Origin: Oscillospiraceae bacterium
GTDB lineage: Bacteria > Bacillota > Clostridia > UBA1212
Direction of reading: 5' to 3'
Assembly (NCBI GenBank): GCA_015069195.1
Contig: SVJA01000001.1
Span: forward strand, 14,148-78,147
Length of the DNA: 64,000 nucleotides
Positions 1 through 8,449 of the stretch are shown here, piece by piece. Below the pieces are notes generated by a model. It had not been told where the DNA came from, searched no databases, and saw nothing but the letters and a program-made list of their open reading frames with translations. The position numbers and the translations under genes were made by a program. The stretch's first letter is position 1. Every line of letters starts with the position of its first letter.

Positions 1-633
1 CGGCTCCGGAAGTGAATAATCTTTATTAACACCGTTTACATCAATTGTAAACGCAGGGCTCAGTACAGACGGCTCGTCATCCGCCATCACGGAATTACGG
101 ATTTCGCAGTAATATACATAGCCTTCATAATCTTTAGTCACCTTATCTATTGTAACGGTTGTAAAAAAAGGATCTTCAATCTTTATAATGTCACTTCCGT
201 CATTTTTATTTAAAAACCATGTTATCTCTTCGGCAAAATCTACATCAATTGAAAACTTCAAAGGCTTTCCTAAATCAGCCGTAACGGTAATATCTTTATC
301 CGGACTTTTTATGGTAGGCTTCTCCATCTTTGTCCAATGTGCAAATACTGTGGTATTCTCATCAAAAACGTACGTATCATTAACCCAACTCGGCTCTTCC
401 GGATCAATGTGCCAACCGCCGAAAATATATCCCGGACGCGTAGCAGCAGGCAATGTATCAATGGTACCATCATCCTTTGTCATAAGACTTTCCGTTACAC
501 AAAGACCGCCGTTTCCGTCAAATATAACCTTAAAACTGCCTTCTGCGGACACTGTAAACGGACACATAAAAGTCGCAAGCATTGCAATCAAAACAAGCAT
601 TGCGCACAATCTTTTTGACACAAATTTTTTCAT
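1..633 (-). CDS. Secreted protein with a Listeria/Bacteroides-type (Flg_new) repeat and an Ig-like region; partial, C-terminus lies beyond the window start
   Basis: Not in the ORF track because it runs off the window edge. Minus-strand ATG at 631-633 is preceded by GGAGTG. Translation starts MKKFVSKRLCAMLVLIAMLATFMCPFTVSAEG (signal peptide) and includes GYIFGGWHIDPE...TTVFAHW, matching the Flg_new repeat. The frame stays open to position 1. Confidence 0.6.
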   Translation of the reverse strand, partial: MKKFVSKRLCAMLVLIAMLATFMCPFTVSAEGSFKVIFDGNGGLCVTESLMTKDDGTIDTLPAATRPGYIFGGWHIDPEEPSWVNDTYVFDENTTVFAHWTKMEKPTIKSPDKDITVTADLGKPLKFSIDVDFAEEITWFLNKNDGSDIIKIEDPFFTTVTIDKVTKDYEGYVYYCEIRNSVMADDEPSVLSPAFTIDVNGVNKDYSLPEP

Positions 634-776
634 ATATAAAATCACTCCGTATGATTTTTCTGTTAACTGATTTACTCCGACAATGATACATTATTATTAA
701 AAATCGAGCAATTATTTTTTCACTTGATAAAGGCGTATAAAATTTTTATACTAAATAGAAAAGGAGACACCGGCGT

Positions 777-896
777 ATGACTGAAAAAGAATTGACAGTA
801 GAAGAAAAAATTGAAATTGCTTATTCACTTTTCGGAATTATCCCGAACGATTTCCCGATAGACGAAGCTTTAGAAGAAAGATTAAACTCTATTTAA
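777..896 (+). CDS. Small hypothetical protein (39 aa, MTEKELTVEEKIEIAYSLFGIIPNDFPIDEALEERLNSI)
   Basis: ATG at 777 with AAAGGAG 10 nt upstream. Below the ORF-track size cut-off. Its 3' end converges on and overlaps the stop of the decarboxylase gene by 8 nt. Confidence 0.3.
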   Translation: MTEKELTVEEKIEIAYSLFGIIPNDFPIDEALEERLNSI

Positions 897-2253
897 CCAC
901 CGCAACCGTCTCAATACCGTAATATTCAAAACATTTTACAGCACTTTCATCTATAACCTCTCCGCACACTACTACAGGCACGGCAGGGGGGCAATTTACG
1001 CTCGGAGCAGCCGATATTCTACCGACAGACTCTTTTACCGAAACTATTTCAAAAGGCGCCATAACTGCCTGTTTCAAGCTCATGCAAACCTTTGGCACAC
1101 ACAATCTCGGTATTTGATCACAAATACCGGGCTTTTTGTTAATTTCTGCAAATACATTCGTCAAATAATCAATACTTTCAACGCTGATTTGCGGTGTAAA
1201 CATCATTACAACAAAATCGGGATCCGAAAATTCACAAACAATATTTTTACTTTTTAAAATATCGGCAAAATCATTTCCTCTGTATCCGTAAGGCTTAGTT
1301 TTTAAAGTAAGTTTCAGCGGCTCACACCCGACCGTTTCATACCCTTTTGAATCAAGAAATTCCTTCAAAATTTTAACACGCTCTATTGTTTCCGAAAGTG
1401 CCGAAGAAAATTTATCAGAAAGATATTCATTCATCAAATCAAGAGATTGCAATATAAGATACGAAGGACTTGTAGAAGCAAACATTGACATCGCAAAAGA
1501 AGCATTTTTTACAAAGAATTCATCCGCATTTTTTGAAATATGCAAATATGCAGCTCCCGTAAGCGCCGGCAAAGTCTTATGAGCAGAATCACAACATAAG
1601 TCAGCACCTAAGTCTATAGGATGCAAAGACTTCGGCAAAAATTTAAGATATGCACCGTGTGCATTATCGACAAGAAGCAAAACTCCGCGACTCTTACATA
1701 CACGACTTATTTCTTCTATATCAGCAACATTTCCCAGATAGTCAGGGCTTGTTATATAAAGTGCAACCGGCTTAACTTCTGCAAGAACTCGGTCAAGTTC
1801 GTTCAAATCAAAATCATACGACAGTATATTCCCACCGGTTGAAAATATCCATTTAACATCAATATCAAGGAGCGCCGCGGCTGTGACAAATGTTTTGTGC
1901 GAATTACGCGGCGCGACAATACAATTATTTTTGCCGTGCAATGCGGCGTATTGACTTGTCATAAAAAGCATTGCACGAATACAAAGTGACGACCCTTCCG
2001 TTGAAAAAAGTGTTGCTCCGCTTCCGAACAAATCCGATGTTATTTTTTCGCTACGGCGTATTATCCCGTTTGAAACGTCGCAGCCAGGAACCGCAGTTGT
2101 ATCATAAAGTACATCCGCACCGTCAATTTCAGTTATATCAAAGCTTTCAGGGCCGACAAAAGACACACCCTTGTGACCGGGCATATGAAGTCGAACAGTT
2201 TCACTATCAATGTACTCTTTTACAAAATCACATATCGGTGTCTTTGAATTCAT
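889..2253 (-). CDS. PLP-dependent Orn/Lys/Arg decarboxylase family protein (B. subtilis YaaO-like)
   Basis: HMPGHKG motif and DSAHKTLPALTG (PLP-lysine region) typical of the OKR_DC_1 fold. Its start ATG directly abuts the stop of the upstream rSAM gene (TAAATG), with a GGAGAGG RBS inside that gene's 3' end. Confidence 0.85.
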   Translation of the reverse strand: MNSKTPICDFVKEYIDSETVRLHMPGHKGVSFVGPESFDITEIDGADVLYDTTAVPGCDVSNGIIRRSEKITSDLFGSGATLFSTEGSSLCIRAMLFMTSQYAALHGKNNCIVAPRNSHKTFVTAAALLDIDVKWIFSTGGNILSYDFDLNELDRVLAEVKPVALYITSPDYLGNVADIEEISRVCKSRGVLLLVDNAHGAYLKFLPKSLHPIDLGADLCCDSAHKTLPALTGAAYLHISKNADEFFVKNASFAMSMFASTSPSYLILQSLDLMNEYLSDKFSSALSETIERVKILKEFLDSKGYETVGCEPLKLTLKTKPYGYRGNDFADILKSKNIVCEFSDPDFVVMMFTPQISVESIDYLTNVFAEINKKPGICDQIPRLCVPKVCMSLKQAVMAPFEIVSVKESVGRISAAPSVNCPPAVPVVVCGEVIDESAVKCFEYYGIETVAVVK

Positions 2254-3636
2254 TTAATCCTCTCCGAGAGCCTTTGATACTTCAAGATATATTGCACATT
2301 CCATACGCTTTTTGAACAACTCACAGCCCTGAAAATAAATGCCTTTAACAGAACCTGTGGCGTGATATGAGTTTGCCGCACAACCGCCGGAGCAATAAAG
2401 CTTTGCCCAGCAATCGTTACACTCTTCTCTAGCGTAAACATTGCACGAAGCAAATTCATTTTGAATCTCTTTGTTTGTAACACCCATCCAGATGTCACCC
2501 AAGCGGAACTTTTCATCTCCTACGAATTGGTGACAGGGATAAAGGTCACCCCAAGGGGTAACTGCCATATACTCTGTACCGGAACCGCAACCGGAAAGAC
2601 GCTTATATATACAAGGGCCGCCTGTGAGGTCTATCATATAGTGATAGAAAGTAAAAGGATCGCCTTCGCGATATTTTTTGAGCATAAGTTCCGCAAGCTT
2701 TTCGTACTGCTCTTTTACGATAGCCATATCGTCTTCTGTAAGAGCAGAGGGATCATCCGGAGGGCAAACGACAGGCTCCATACTGAGCTCTTTGAAACCG
2801 AGCTCAAGCATTTTTTCTATATCTTTAAGAAAGTCGGGATTTGCGTGTGTGAATGTACCGCGCATATAGTAATTTTTACCGCCGCGTGCCGATACAAGCT
2901 GTTGGAATTTAGGAACAATACGCTCCCAGCTGCCGTTGCCGGCATAGTCAACACGGAATCTGTCATGAACTTCTTTTCTGCCGTCAAGACTCAAAACAAC
3001 ATTACTCATTTCACGGTTAGCAAAGTCGATAACATCATCATCTATCAAAACACCGTTTGTGGTAAGAGTAAATCTGAAATTCTTTCCTGCCGCCTTTTCA
3101 ACAGAACGCGCATACTCTACGAGTTTCTTTACCACGTCAAAATTCATAAGCGGTTCTCCGCCGAAGAAGTCAACTTCTAAGTTTCTTCTGCTGCCGGAAT
3201 TCTCAATCAAAAAGTCAAGTGCTCTCTTACCGACTTCGAAGCTCATAAGACCTCTTTCACCGGAATATTTTCCCTGACTTGCAAAGCAGTAAGAACAGTT
3301 GAGATTACAGGTATGCGCTATATGAAGGCACAGCGCCTTTACGACATTTGCACTTCTCTCTTTAAGTTCGCCTGCAAGATGTCTGTGTGTGTCTTCTTTA
3401 AATAATTTTCCGCAAGCTTTAAGCTCACCTATCTGATCATAACATTCGGAAAGTTCATCTTGCGTCACACCTTCGGTATCGCCAAACTTTTCGAGCATCG
3501 CAGCGATTATCTCTTCGCGGCTATAATCCTCGTACATTCCGATCATCTCATACGCAATCTCGTCTACTGCATGGACAGAACCCGAATTTATATCAAGTAC
3601 AATATTCTGCCCGCCCATTTTATATCTATGTATCAT
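2254..3636 (-). CDS. Radical SAM/SPASM maturase of the SCIFF peptide (thioether-forming, CteB-like)
   Basis: CNLNCSYC (CxxxCxxC) radical-SAM motif and a C-terminal Cys-rich SPASM region (CGSG...CHQ...CNDCWAKLYCSGGC). N-terminus MIHRYKMGGQNIVLDINSGSVHAVDE is typical of SCIFF maturases. The precursor is encoded immediately upstream. Confidence 0.9.
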   Translation of the reverse strand: MIHRYKMGGQNIVLDINSGSVHAVDEIAYEMIGMYEDYSREEIIAAMLEKFGDTEGVTQDELSECYDQIGELKACGKLFKEDTHRHLAGELKERSANVVKALCLHIAHTCNLNCSYCFASQGKYSGERGLMSFEVGKRALDFLIENSGSRRNLEVDFFGGEPLMNFDVVKKLVEYARSVEKAAGKNFRFTLTTNGVLIDDDVIDFANREMSNVVLSLDGRKEVHDRFRVDYAGNGSWERIVPKFQQLVSARGGKNYYMRGTFTHANPDFLKDIEKMLELGFKELSMEPVVCPPDDPSALTEDDMAIVKEQYEKLAELMLKKYREGDPFTFYHYMIDLTGGPCIYKRLSGCGSGTEYMAVTPWGDLYPCHQFVGDEKFRLGDIWMGVTNKEIQNEFASCNVYAREECNDCWAKLYCSGGCAANSYHATGSVKGIYFQGCELFKKRMECAIYLEVSKALGED

Positions 3637-3673
3637 AATTCTTATTTCCTCAATTCATCGATGTTTATACCGT

Positions 3674-3708
3674 AAAAATGCCGCCTTTTTTCAAAAAGGC
3701 GGCATTTT
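3674..3708 (-). terminator. Palindromic hairpin with a short T-tract between the SCIFF precursor and its maturase (likely partial terminator/attenuator)
   Basis: aaaatgccgcctttttt-c-aaaaaaggcggcatttt is a near-perfect palindrome followed on the minus strand by TTTT. It is then followed by a GAGGAAAT RBS for the maturase. Confidence 0.5.
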
Positions 3709-3727
3709 ATAGCAATATAGTGATTTA

Positions 3728-3877
3728 TTACTTCGCCTTAGCGTTTTCGCAAGCCTGGTTAGCAACACCGCAGCTTGTCTTGCAAGCTGACTGGCAGGAA
3801 GTCTGGCACTCGCCGCATCCGCCGTTTTTTGCACTCTTGCACAAATCACGAGTTTCTAAAGTTTTGATGTGTTTCAT
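3728..3877 (-). CDS. SCIFF (six-cysteines-in-forty-five) ribosomal peptide precursor, 49 aa
   Basis: Hand translation of the minus strand gives MKHIKTLETRDLCKSAKNGGCGECQTSCQSACKTSCGVANQACENAKAK. The GGCGECQTSCQSACKTSC core is the SCIFF signature. GGAGG lies 9 nt upstream of this ATG; an in-frame ATG two codons further up (3883) has poor spacing. Missing from the ORF track because it is under 60 aa. Confidence 0.85.
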   Translation of the reverse strand: MKHIKTLETRDLCKSAKNGGCGECQTSCQSACKTSCGVANQACENAKAK

Positions 3878-4033
3878 ATCCATCAACCTCCAAGATAATT
3901 CAAAATTATGTGATTATACTATCACAACGAGGCTTTTAAGTCAAACAAATAGTAATAAGTTGTCTTTATTATGAATAACTTTTTCTGTGTAAAGGCAATA
4001 CTTTACTATATAAACATTTCACGGGGTGATTTT

Positions 4034-4288
4034 ATGAAGGCAACCGAACTTATTGCAACCGTAAAAAACGGTATCAGTAAAAAATTTTCCAAGCCGCCCG
4101 AATGCGAAGCGGATTATCTGCGCAGGGAAATAAGGGAGACGAAGGAGCAAATTGAACTTGCTAATCTGCACTTTAATGACGCATCTGACAAAGATATGAT
4201 TTCATACTACGCATATATGATCAAGGCTTTTGAAGTCAAATACAACTCGCTTATCAGGAGAGCCAAAGATTTGAATTCCGGAAGCTGA
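4034..4288 (+). CDS. DUF2508 (YaaL-like) small protein
   Basis: ORF-track entry 3971..4288 trimmed to the internal MKATELIA start. The ISYYAYMIKAFEVKYNSLIRRAK tail resembles the YaaL/DUF2508 C-terminus. In B. subtilis, yaaL lies in the same conserved neighbourhood as yaaO. Confidence 0.45.
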   Translation: MKATELIATVKNGISKKFSKPPECEADYLRREIRETKEQIELANLHFNDASDKDMISYYAYMIKAFEVKYNSLIRRAKDLNSGS

Positions 4289-4367
4289 CAATATAAACAA
4301 AAACGGACTTGCCGCCGTTGCATACAACCAAAAGTAAAAGAATACTATTAAACATAGTTCTGACACG

Positions 4368-5096
4368 GTGGTGTTTGTTTTGGGAATTTTCAGAAGATTG
4401 AAATCGGTTATAAACGGTTTCTTTGAATCATTTACAACAAAGACAGAAGAAAAAAATCCGGAGTACCTGATAGCCGACACAGAAAGTCAAATCAAAAAAT
4501 GTAAAAAAGAAGCTCAAAAGCAATTGATTGAAGTTCAGACATGGGCAGAAACAGTAAAAATCGATATGAGGGATGCTGAAAAAAGGCTGTCAGACACAAG
4601 GCGCAAAATTCAGCTTGCAGTAAAAGAAAACAACAAAGAATTACTCGTCGAACTTCTTATGCGCGAGGAAGAATTCGAAAAGCTCTACGATGACAGAAAA
4701 CAGCTTTATGACGCAGCGGTAAATGAAGCCATCAGAATACGCGATGATTTCAAGCAATTTGAAAATGATATGAATACAAAACTTTACGAACTCCAAACAA
4801 TGCGTTCCCAGAGTAAACTTGTCATTCTCCGCGAACAGATACAAAGCATCGGTAATTCTTATGAGACAGCATCTGGCGGTAATATAAAAGACAAAATCGA
4901 TTCACTCAAAAGTTCATTAAACACACGTTGTGCCAGAATAATTGCAACGGAGCAACTTAATTCCGAGGACAACGGCCTTCGATACAAACGACTTGATTAC
5001 GCTGCAAAAAAGGATCGCGCAGCTCTTCGCGCAACAGAAATTCTCAGATTGGAAAATGCTTCCGCAGACAAACCAAAACTTGACATGGCACATTAA
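4368..5096 (+). CDS. pspA: PspA/IM30 family protein (phage shock protein A-like)
   Basis: GIFRRLKSVINGFFES N-terminus followed by a long coiled coil typical of PspA/IM30. The track start is a GTG; the true start may be the nearby TTG. Confidence 0.75.
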   Translation: MVFVLGIFRRLKSVINGFFESFTTKTEEKNPEYLIADTESQIKKCKKEAQKQLIEVQTWAETVKIDMRDAEKRLSDTRRKIQLAVKENNKELLVELLMREEEFEKLYDDRKQLYDAAVNEAIRIRDDFKQFENDMNTKLYELQTMRSQSKLVILREQIQSIGNSYETASGGNIKDKIDSLKSSLNTRCARIIATEQLNSEDNGLRYKRLDYAAKKDRAALRATEILRLENASADKPKLDMAH

Positions 5097-5137
5097 ATAA
5101 TCTAAACTTTTCGTAATAAATATTTTACGAGGTTTTT

Positions 5138-5521
5138 ATGGTTATTCACACAGGCGTTGACATAGTTGAAGTATCAAGAATAAAAAACAGCATTTCCAAT
5201 TCGGGAAAGCACTTTATTGAAAGAGTTTATACAAAATCAGAAGCGGCGTACTGCGTATCAGCAGTCAACAGCTTCGAGAGATTCGCTGCTCGTTTTGCTG
5301 CAAAAGAAGCATTTGTAAAAGCTATCGGCAAAGGTTTTTCCGACGGTATTATGTTTAATATGATAGAAGTCGCAAAGCGCGAAACAGGAGAGCCGTACCT
5401 TGTGCTCCACGACAAAGCTCTTGAAGCAGCAGAAAAGCTCGGTATCGAGTCTATGGACATCAGTCTTTCTCATATAAAGGAAACAGCGATTGCGACGGTC
5501 GTTATCTTAAGCAAAAATTGA
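5138..5521 (+). CDS. acpS: Holo-[acyl-carrier-protein] synthase (4'-phosphopantetheinyl transferase)
   Basis: GVDIVEVSRI N-terminal motif and the size of about 125 aa are typical of AcpS. Confidence 0.9.
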   Translation: MVIHTGVDIVEVSRIKNSISNSGKHFIERVYTKSEAAYCVSAVNSFERFAARFAAKEAFVKAIGKGFSDGIMFNMIEVAKRETGEPYLVLHDKALEAAEKLGIESMDISLSHIKETAIATVVILSKN

Positions 5522-5534
5522 TTTTGTAATTTTT

Positions 5535-5562
5535 CCGGGGGCATCACGCCCCCTTTTATTTT
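5535..5562 (+). terminator. Rho-independent terminator after acpS
   Basis: ccgggggc-atcac-gccccc stem-loop followed by TTTTATTTT. Confidence 0.65.
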
Positions 5563-5563
5563 A

Positions 5564-5595
5564 TTGACAATCGTCTGTGTTAAATGTTTTAATAT
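5564..5595 (+). promoter_or_regulatory. Candidate sigma-A-like promoter for the dockerin gene (TTGACA -35; weak -10)
   Basis: TTGACA at 5564-5569. Only weak -10 candidates (TTTTAA/TAATAT) follow, so the call is tentative. Confidence 0.25.
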
Positions 5596-5648
5596 ATTCA
5601 GTTTGTTTTGGGATATATTCTACATAGATTACACACGAGGAAAATCTT

Positions 5649-8228
5649 ATGAAATTCTGCAAAAAATTCATTGCGCCGTTGGTGTTTATTATATTTGTGA
5701 CAACCTACATATTGACATTGACTGATTTTGCGACAATATCAGACAGATTGCATACATTGAAAAGTTTTGCAACGACCAATAATGTTTCCGTTGCTGATGA
5801 TGTTTATGCCTCTGCTAATGATCACTCACCTATTTCAATTTCGCGCGGAGATTCCGTTGCTATAAGATTTCGTACCAACGAATCTTTTTCATCAATTACA
5901 ATCCACTGTCCGAGCTGGAACGACAACATCGGCAGCCTGTATTTTGCTATGTACGAATGGCAATCAGGCTACACAAAAACCGTACGTTCCACACCTGTTG
6001 CTACACAAACTTTTGAAAATTTCAAAGACAACGATGCTCTTACTTTGTCTTTCGCGGAAGTGCCCGCAGGAAACTACATGTTAGCAATCACTAATCCCAA
6101 CCCCACCGACAATATGGTAGGTGTATGGTACTATCCGTCAGAACATGACAAAATTGATTTTTATCGAAACGGAACTCTCTCGAAAGGAAGTCTGCATGGA
6201 TATATTACAACCTCGTCAAACAATATCGAAAACTTCTTTGCAAACAAAGTTTCAGTTGATGTCAACCCCGGAAACTGGGATGCCGTAGACGGACTCGGCA
6301 GAGAACTTTCAAGTGATGTTTCAAAGCGCCAGGAAAAATTTGTCGGAATGTTTTTCTGGACGTGGCATGACAATTTTATTGCATCAAAACCGCGCATTGC
6401 GTCTAAAATCGTTGAACAATATCCCGAAGCGGTAAATGATTTCAGCCATTTTGCGTGGGAAAACACACCGGCCGGCACTCCGTATTTTTGGGACGAACCG
6501 ATTTTCGGATTTTACAAATCAAGCGACAAGTATGTTCTGCGACGCCAAGCGGAGCTTCTGGCAGATGCGGATATAGATGTGATAATTTTTGATTGCACAA
6601 ACGGCACTTACCTTTGGGAAAGCGCATATACTGTTCTTTTCGAAGTTTTTGAAGAAGCAAAATATGACGGTATTGATGTTCCTCAGATTGCCTTTATGCT
6701 TAACTTTTCCGGAAATTCCAACTCAAAATACCAATTAATACAACTATACGACAATATTTACAGTCAAAACCTTTACAGCGATCTCTGGTTCTATTGGGAA
6801 GGCAAACCGCTCATCATGGCACATCCCGAAGCACTCGATGTAAGCGACTATGCTATAAGCACAGAAAAATACTATGCCATCAAAAATTTCTTCACATTCA
6901 GAAGAAATGTAGGTTCGTACTTTTCAGACGACACCTATGATTCAACTGATTATTGGGGCTGGTGTGCAAACTATCCGCAGACGAAACACGGCATCAGATA
7001 TAACGGAACGGTTGAACAGGTAACGGTTTCGGTTGCACAAAACTCTACTGACACGCAATTGGTTGCGATGAACAGCCCCATAGAAGGTATTCACGGCAGA
7101 AGCTACACAAAAGATTATTACTCCTACTCTTTTAAAAAAGCCGGTGAAATAGTTACGGTAGATTCCGATACTGAAAATTCAATGTTCTACGGTCTTAATT
7201 TCCAGCAACAGTGGGACTATGCAATTTCTGTCGACCCTGACTTCATATTCGTTACAGGCTGGAACGAATGGGTTGCAGGCAGACACGAAGAATGGGGCGG
7301 CACAATCAACGCATTCCCCGACCAATTCTCACCGGAATACAGCCGAGACATTGAACCTTCAAGCGGTGTACTCAAAGACTACTATTATTATCAGCTCGTT
7401 GAAAATGTGCGTCGATTCAAAGGAACGTCTTCCACCAATGAAACAGTCTCAAAAAAATCGATAAAACTTTCATCCGGCGCAGATGCATGGCACAACATTT
7501 CAACATCGTACGACGACTACAACGATAGTGAGGAAGGCCGTAACAGTAACGGCTACGGCGATATGTACTACACAGCCGACGCAGTCCGCAATGACATCGT
7601 TCATTCAAAATTCGCGTACGACTCCGACAACTTGTACTTTATGGTGCAAACAGAAAATGAACTGACACCATACACAGACAATAACTGGATGAACTTGCTG
7701 CTCAGCATAGACGGCGGAGGAAATAATGCTTGGGAAACCTTTGACTTTATAATCAACAGGACAACGCCGACATCCTCTAAAGTGACTATTGAAGCATTCG
7801 TAAACAATAGCTGGACCTTCACAACCGTAGGCACGGCAGATTACATAATTGACGGGGACACGCTCGTAATTTCAATACCGAAGACATTGATCGGCATCAC
7901 CGGCACAAATCTTCCTGTAATAAACTTCAAATGGATAGACGGTGTCGATTTAAACGGTGACTTTATGAACCTCTACGGCTACGGCGAATCTGCACCAAAC
8001 AACAGATTCACATACAGAATAGACACAGCAGAAGGGCTCGAAGTTGTAGAAGACATACTTGGTGATGTAAACGGCAACGCCGAACTCGACATACAGGATG
8101 CCGCAATCATCTACAGCGGTATCTCCGGGAAGAGAAAACTCGATGACTACCAGACAATCATTGCTGACATAAACACCGACGGCAAAATCAATATACTTGA
8201 TGTAATGAGGGTATTACTCTTAATATAA
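5649..8228 (+). CDS. Secreted putative glycoside hydrolase with a C-terminal type-I dockerin (cellulosome/amylosome component)
   Basis: Signal/TM segment MKFCKKFIAPLVFIIFVTTYILT. Central Trp/Tyr-rich region (FWTWHDNF, FIFVTGWNEWVAGRHEEWGG) suggests a carbohydrate-active fold. C-terminal duplicated Ca-binding segments DVNGNAELDIQDAAII and DINTDGKINILDVMRV form a dockerin. Confidence 0.75.
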   Translation: MKFCKKFIAPLVFIIFVTTYILTLTDFATISDRLHTLKSFATTNNVSVADDVYASANDHSPISISRGDSVAIRFRTNESFSSITIHCPSWNDNIGSLYFAMYEWQSGYTKTVRSTPVATQTFENFKDNDALTLSFAEVPAGNYMLAITNPNPTDNMVGVWYYPSEHDKIDFYRNGTLSKGSLHGYITTSSNNIENFFANKVSVDVNPGNWDAVDGLGRELSSDVSKRQEKFVGMFFWTWHDNFIASKPRIASKIVEQYPEAVNDFSHFAWENTPAGTPYFWDEPIFGFYKSSDKYVLRRQAELLADADIDVIIFDCTNGTYLWESAYTVLFEVFEEAKYDGIDVPQIAFMLNFSGNSNSKYQLIQLYDNIYSQNLYSDLWFYWEGKPLIMAHPEALDVSDYAISTEKYYAIKNFFTFRRNVGSYFSDDTYDSTDYWGWCANYPQTKHGIRYNGTVEQVTVSVAQNSTDTQLVAMNSPIEGIHGRSYTKDYYSYSFKKAGEIVTVDSDTENSMFYGLNFQQQWDYAISVDPDFIFVTGWNEWVAGRHEEWGGTINAFPDQFSPEYSRDIEPSSGVLKDYYYYQLVENVRRFKGTSSTNETVSKKSIKLSSGADAWHNISTSYDDYNDSEEGRNSNGYGDMYYTADAVRNDIVHSKFAYDSDNLYFMVQTENELTPYTDNNWMNLLLSIDGGGNNAWETFDFIINRTTPTSSKVTIEAFVNNSWTFTTVGTADYIIDGDTLVISIPKTLIGITGTNLPVINFKWIDGVDLNGDFMNLYGYGESAPNNRFTYRIDTAEGLEVVEDILGDVNGNAELDIQDAAIIYSGISGKRKLDDYQTIIADINTDGKINILDVMRVLLLI

Positions 8229-8232
8229 TAAT

Positions 8233-8288
8233 AAAAAAAGAGAGAATTCCGGTTTAGCTCCGCTAAAATGAATTCTCTCTTTTTTTAT
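8233..8288. terminator. Bidirectional intrinsic terminator
   Basis: aaaaaaagagagaattc...gaattctctctttttttat: an 11-bp stem flanked by an A-run and a T-run. Confidence 0.55.
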
Positions 8289-8449
8289 TAGCACAATAAG
8301 GAACATAGCAATTTTATCGAATTTTTCAACGAAGCAGTTCCCTCTTTACAGAAGCATAATTGCAACTTTTTATAGCAACAAATCAACATTTCGAACCGCC
8401 ATTCCATTCGTACAAAACCACTTTGCTCGAAATAAAATTCTCCGTAAAA

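Noticed and set aside
188-670. Plus-strand ORFs 188..670 and 337..618
   Set aside because: They lie antisense to a well-supported minus-strand secreted-protein gene (signal peptide, Flg_new repeat, RBS). They have no RBS and their composition is noise-like.
2250-3180. ORFs 2250..2516 (-) and 2461..3180 (+) overlapping the SCIFF maturase
   Set aside because: Alternative-frame or antisense products inside a gene with unambiguous radical-SAM/SPASM motifs.
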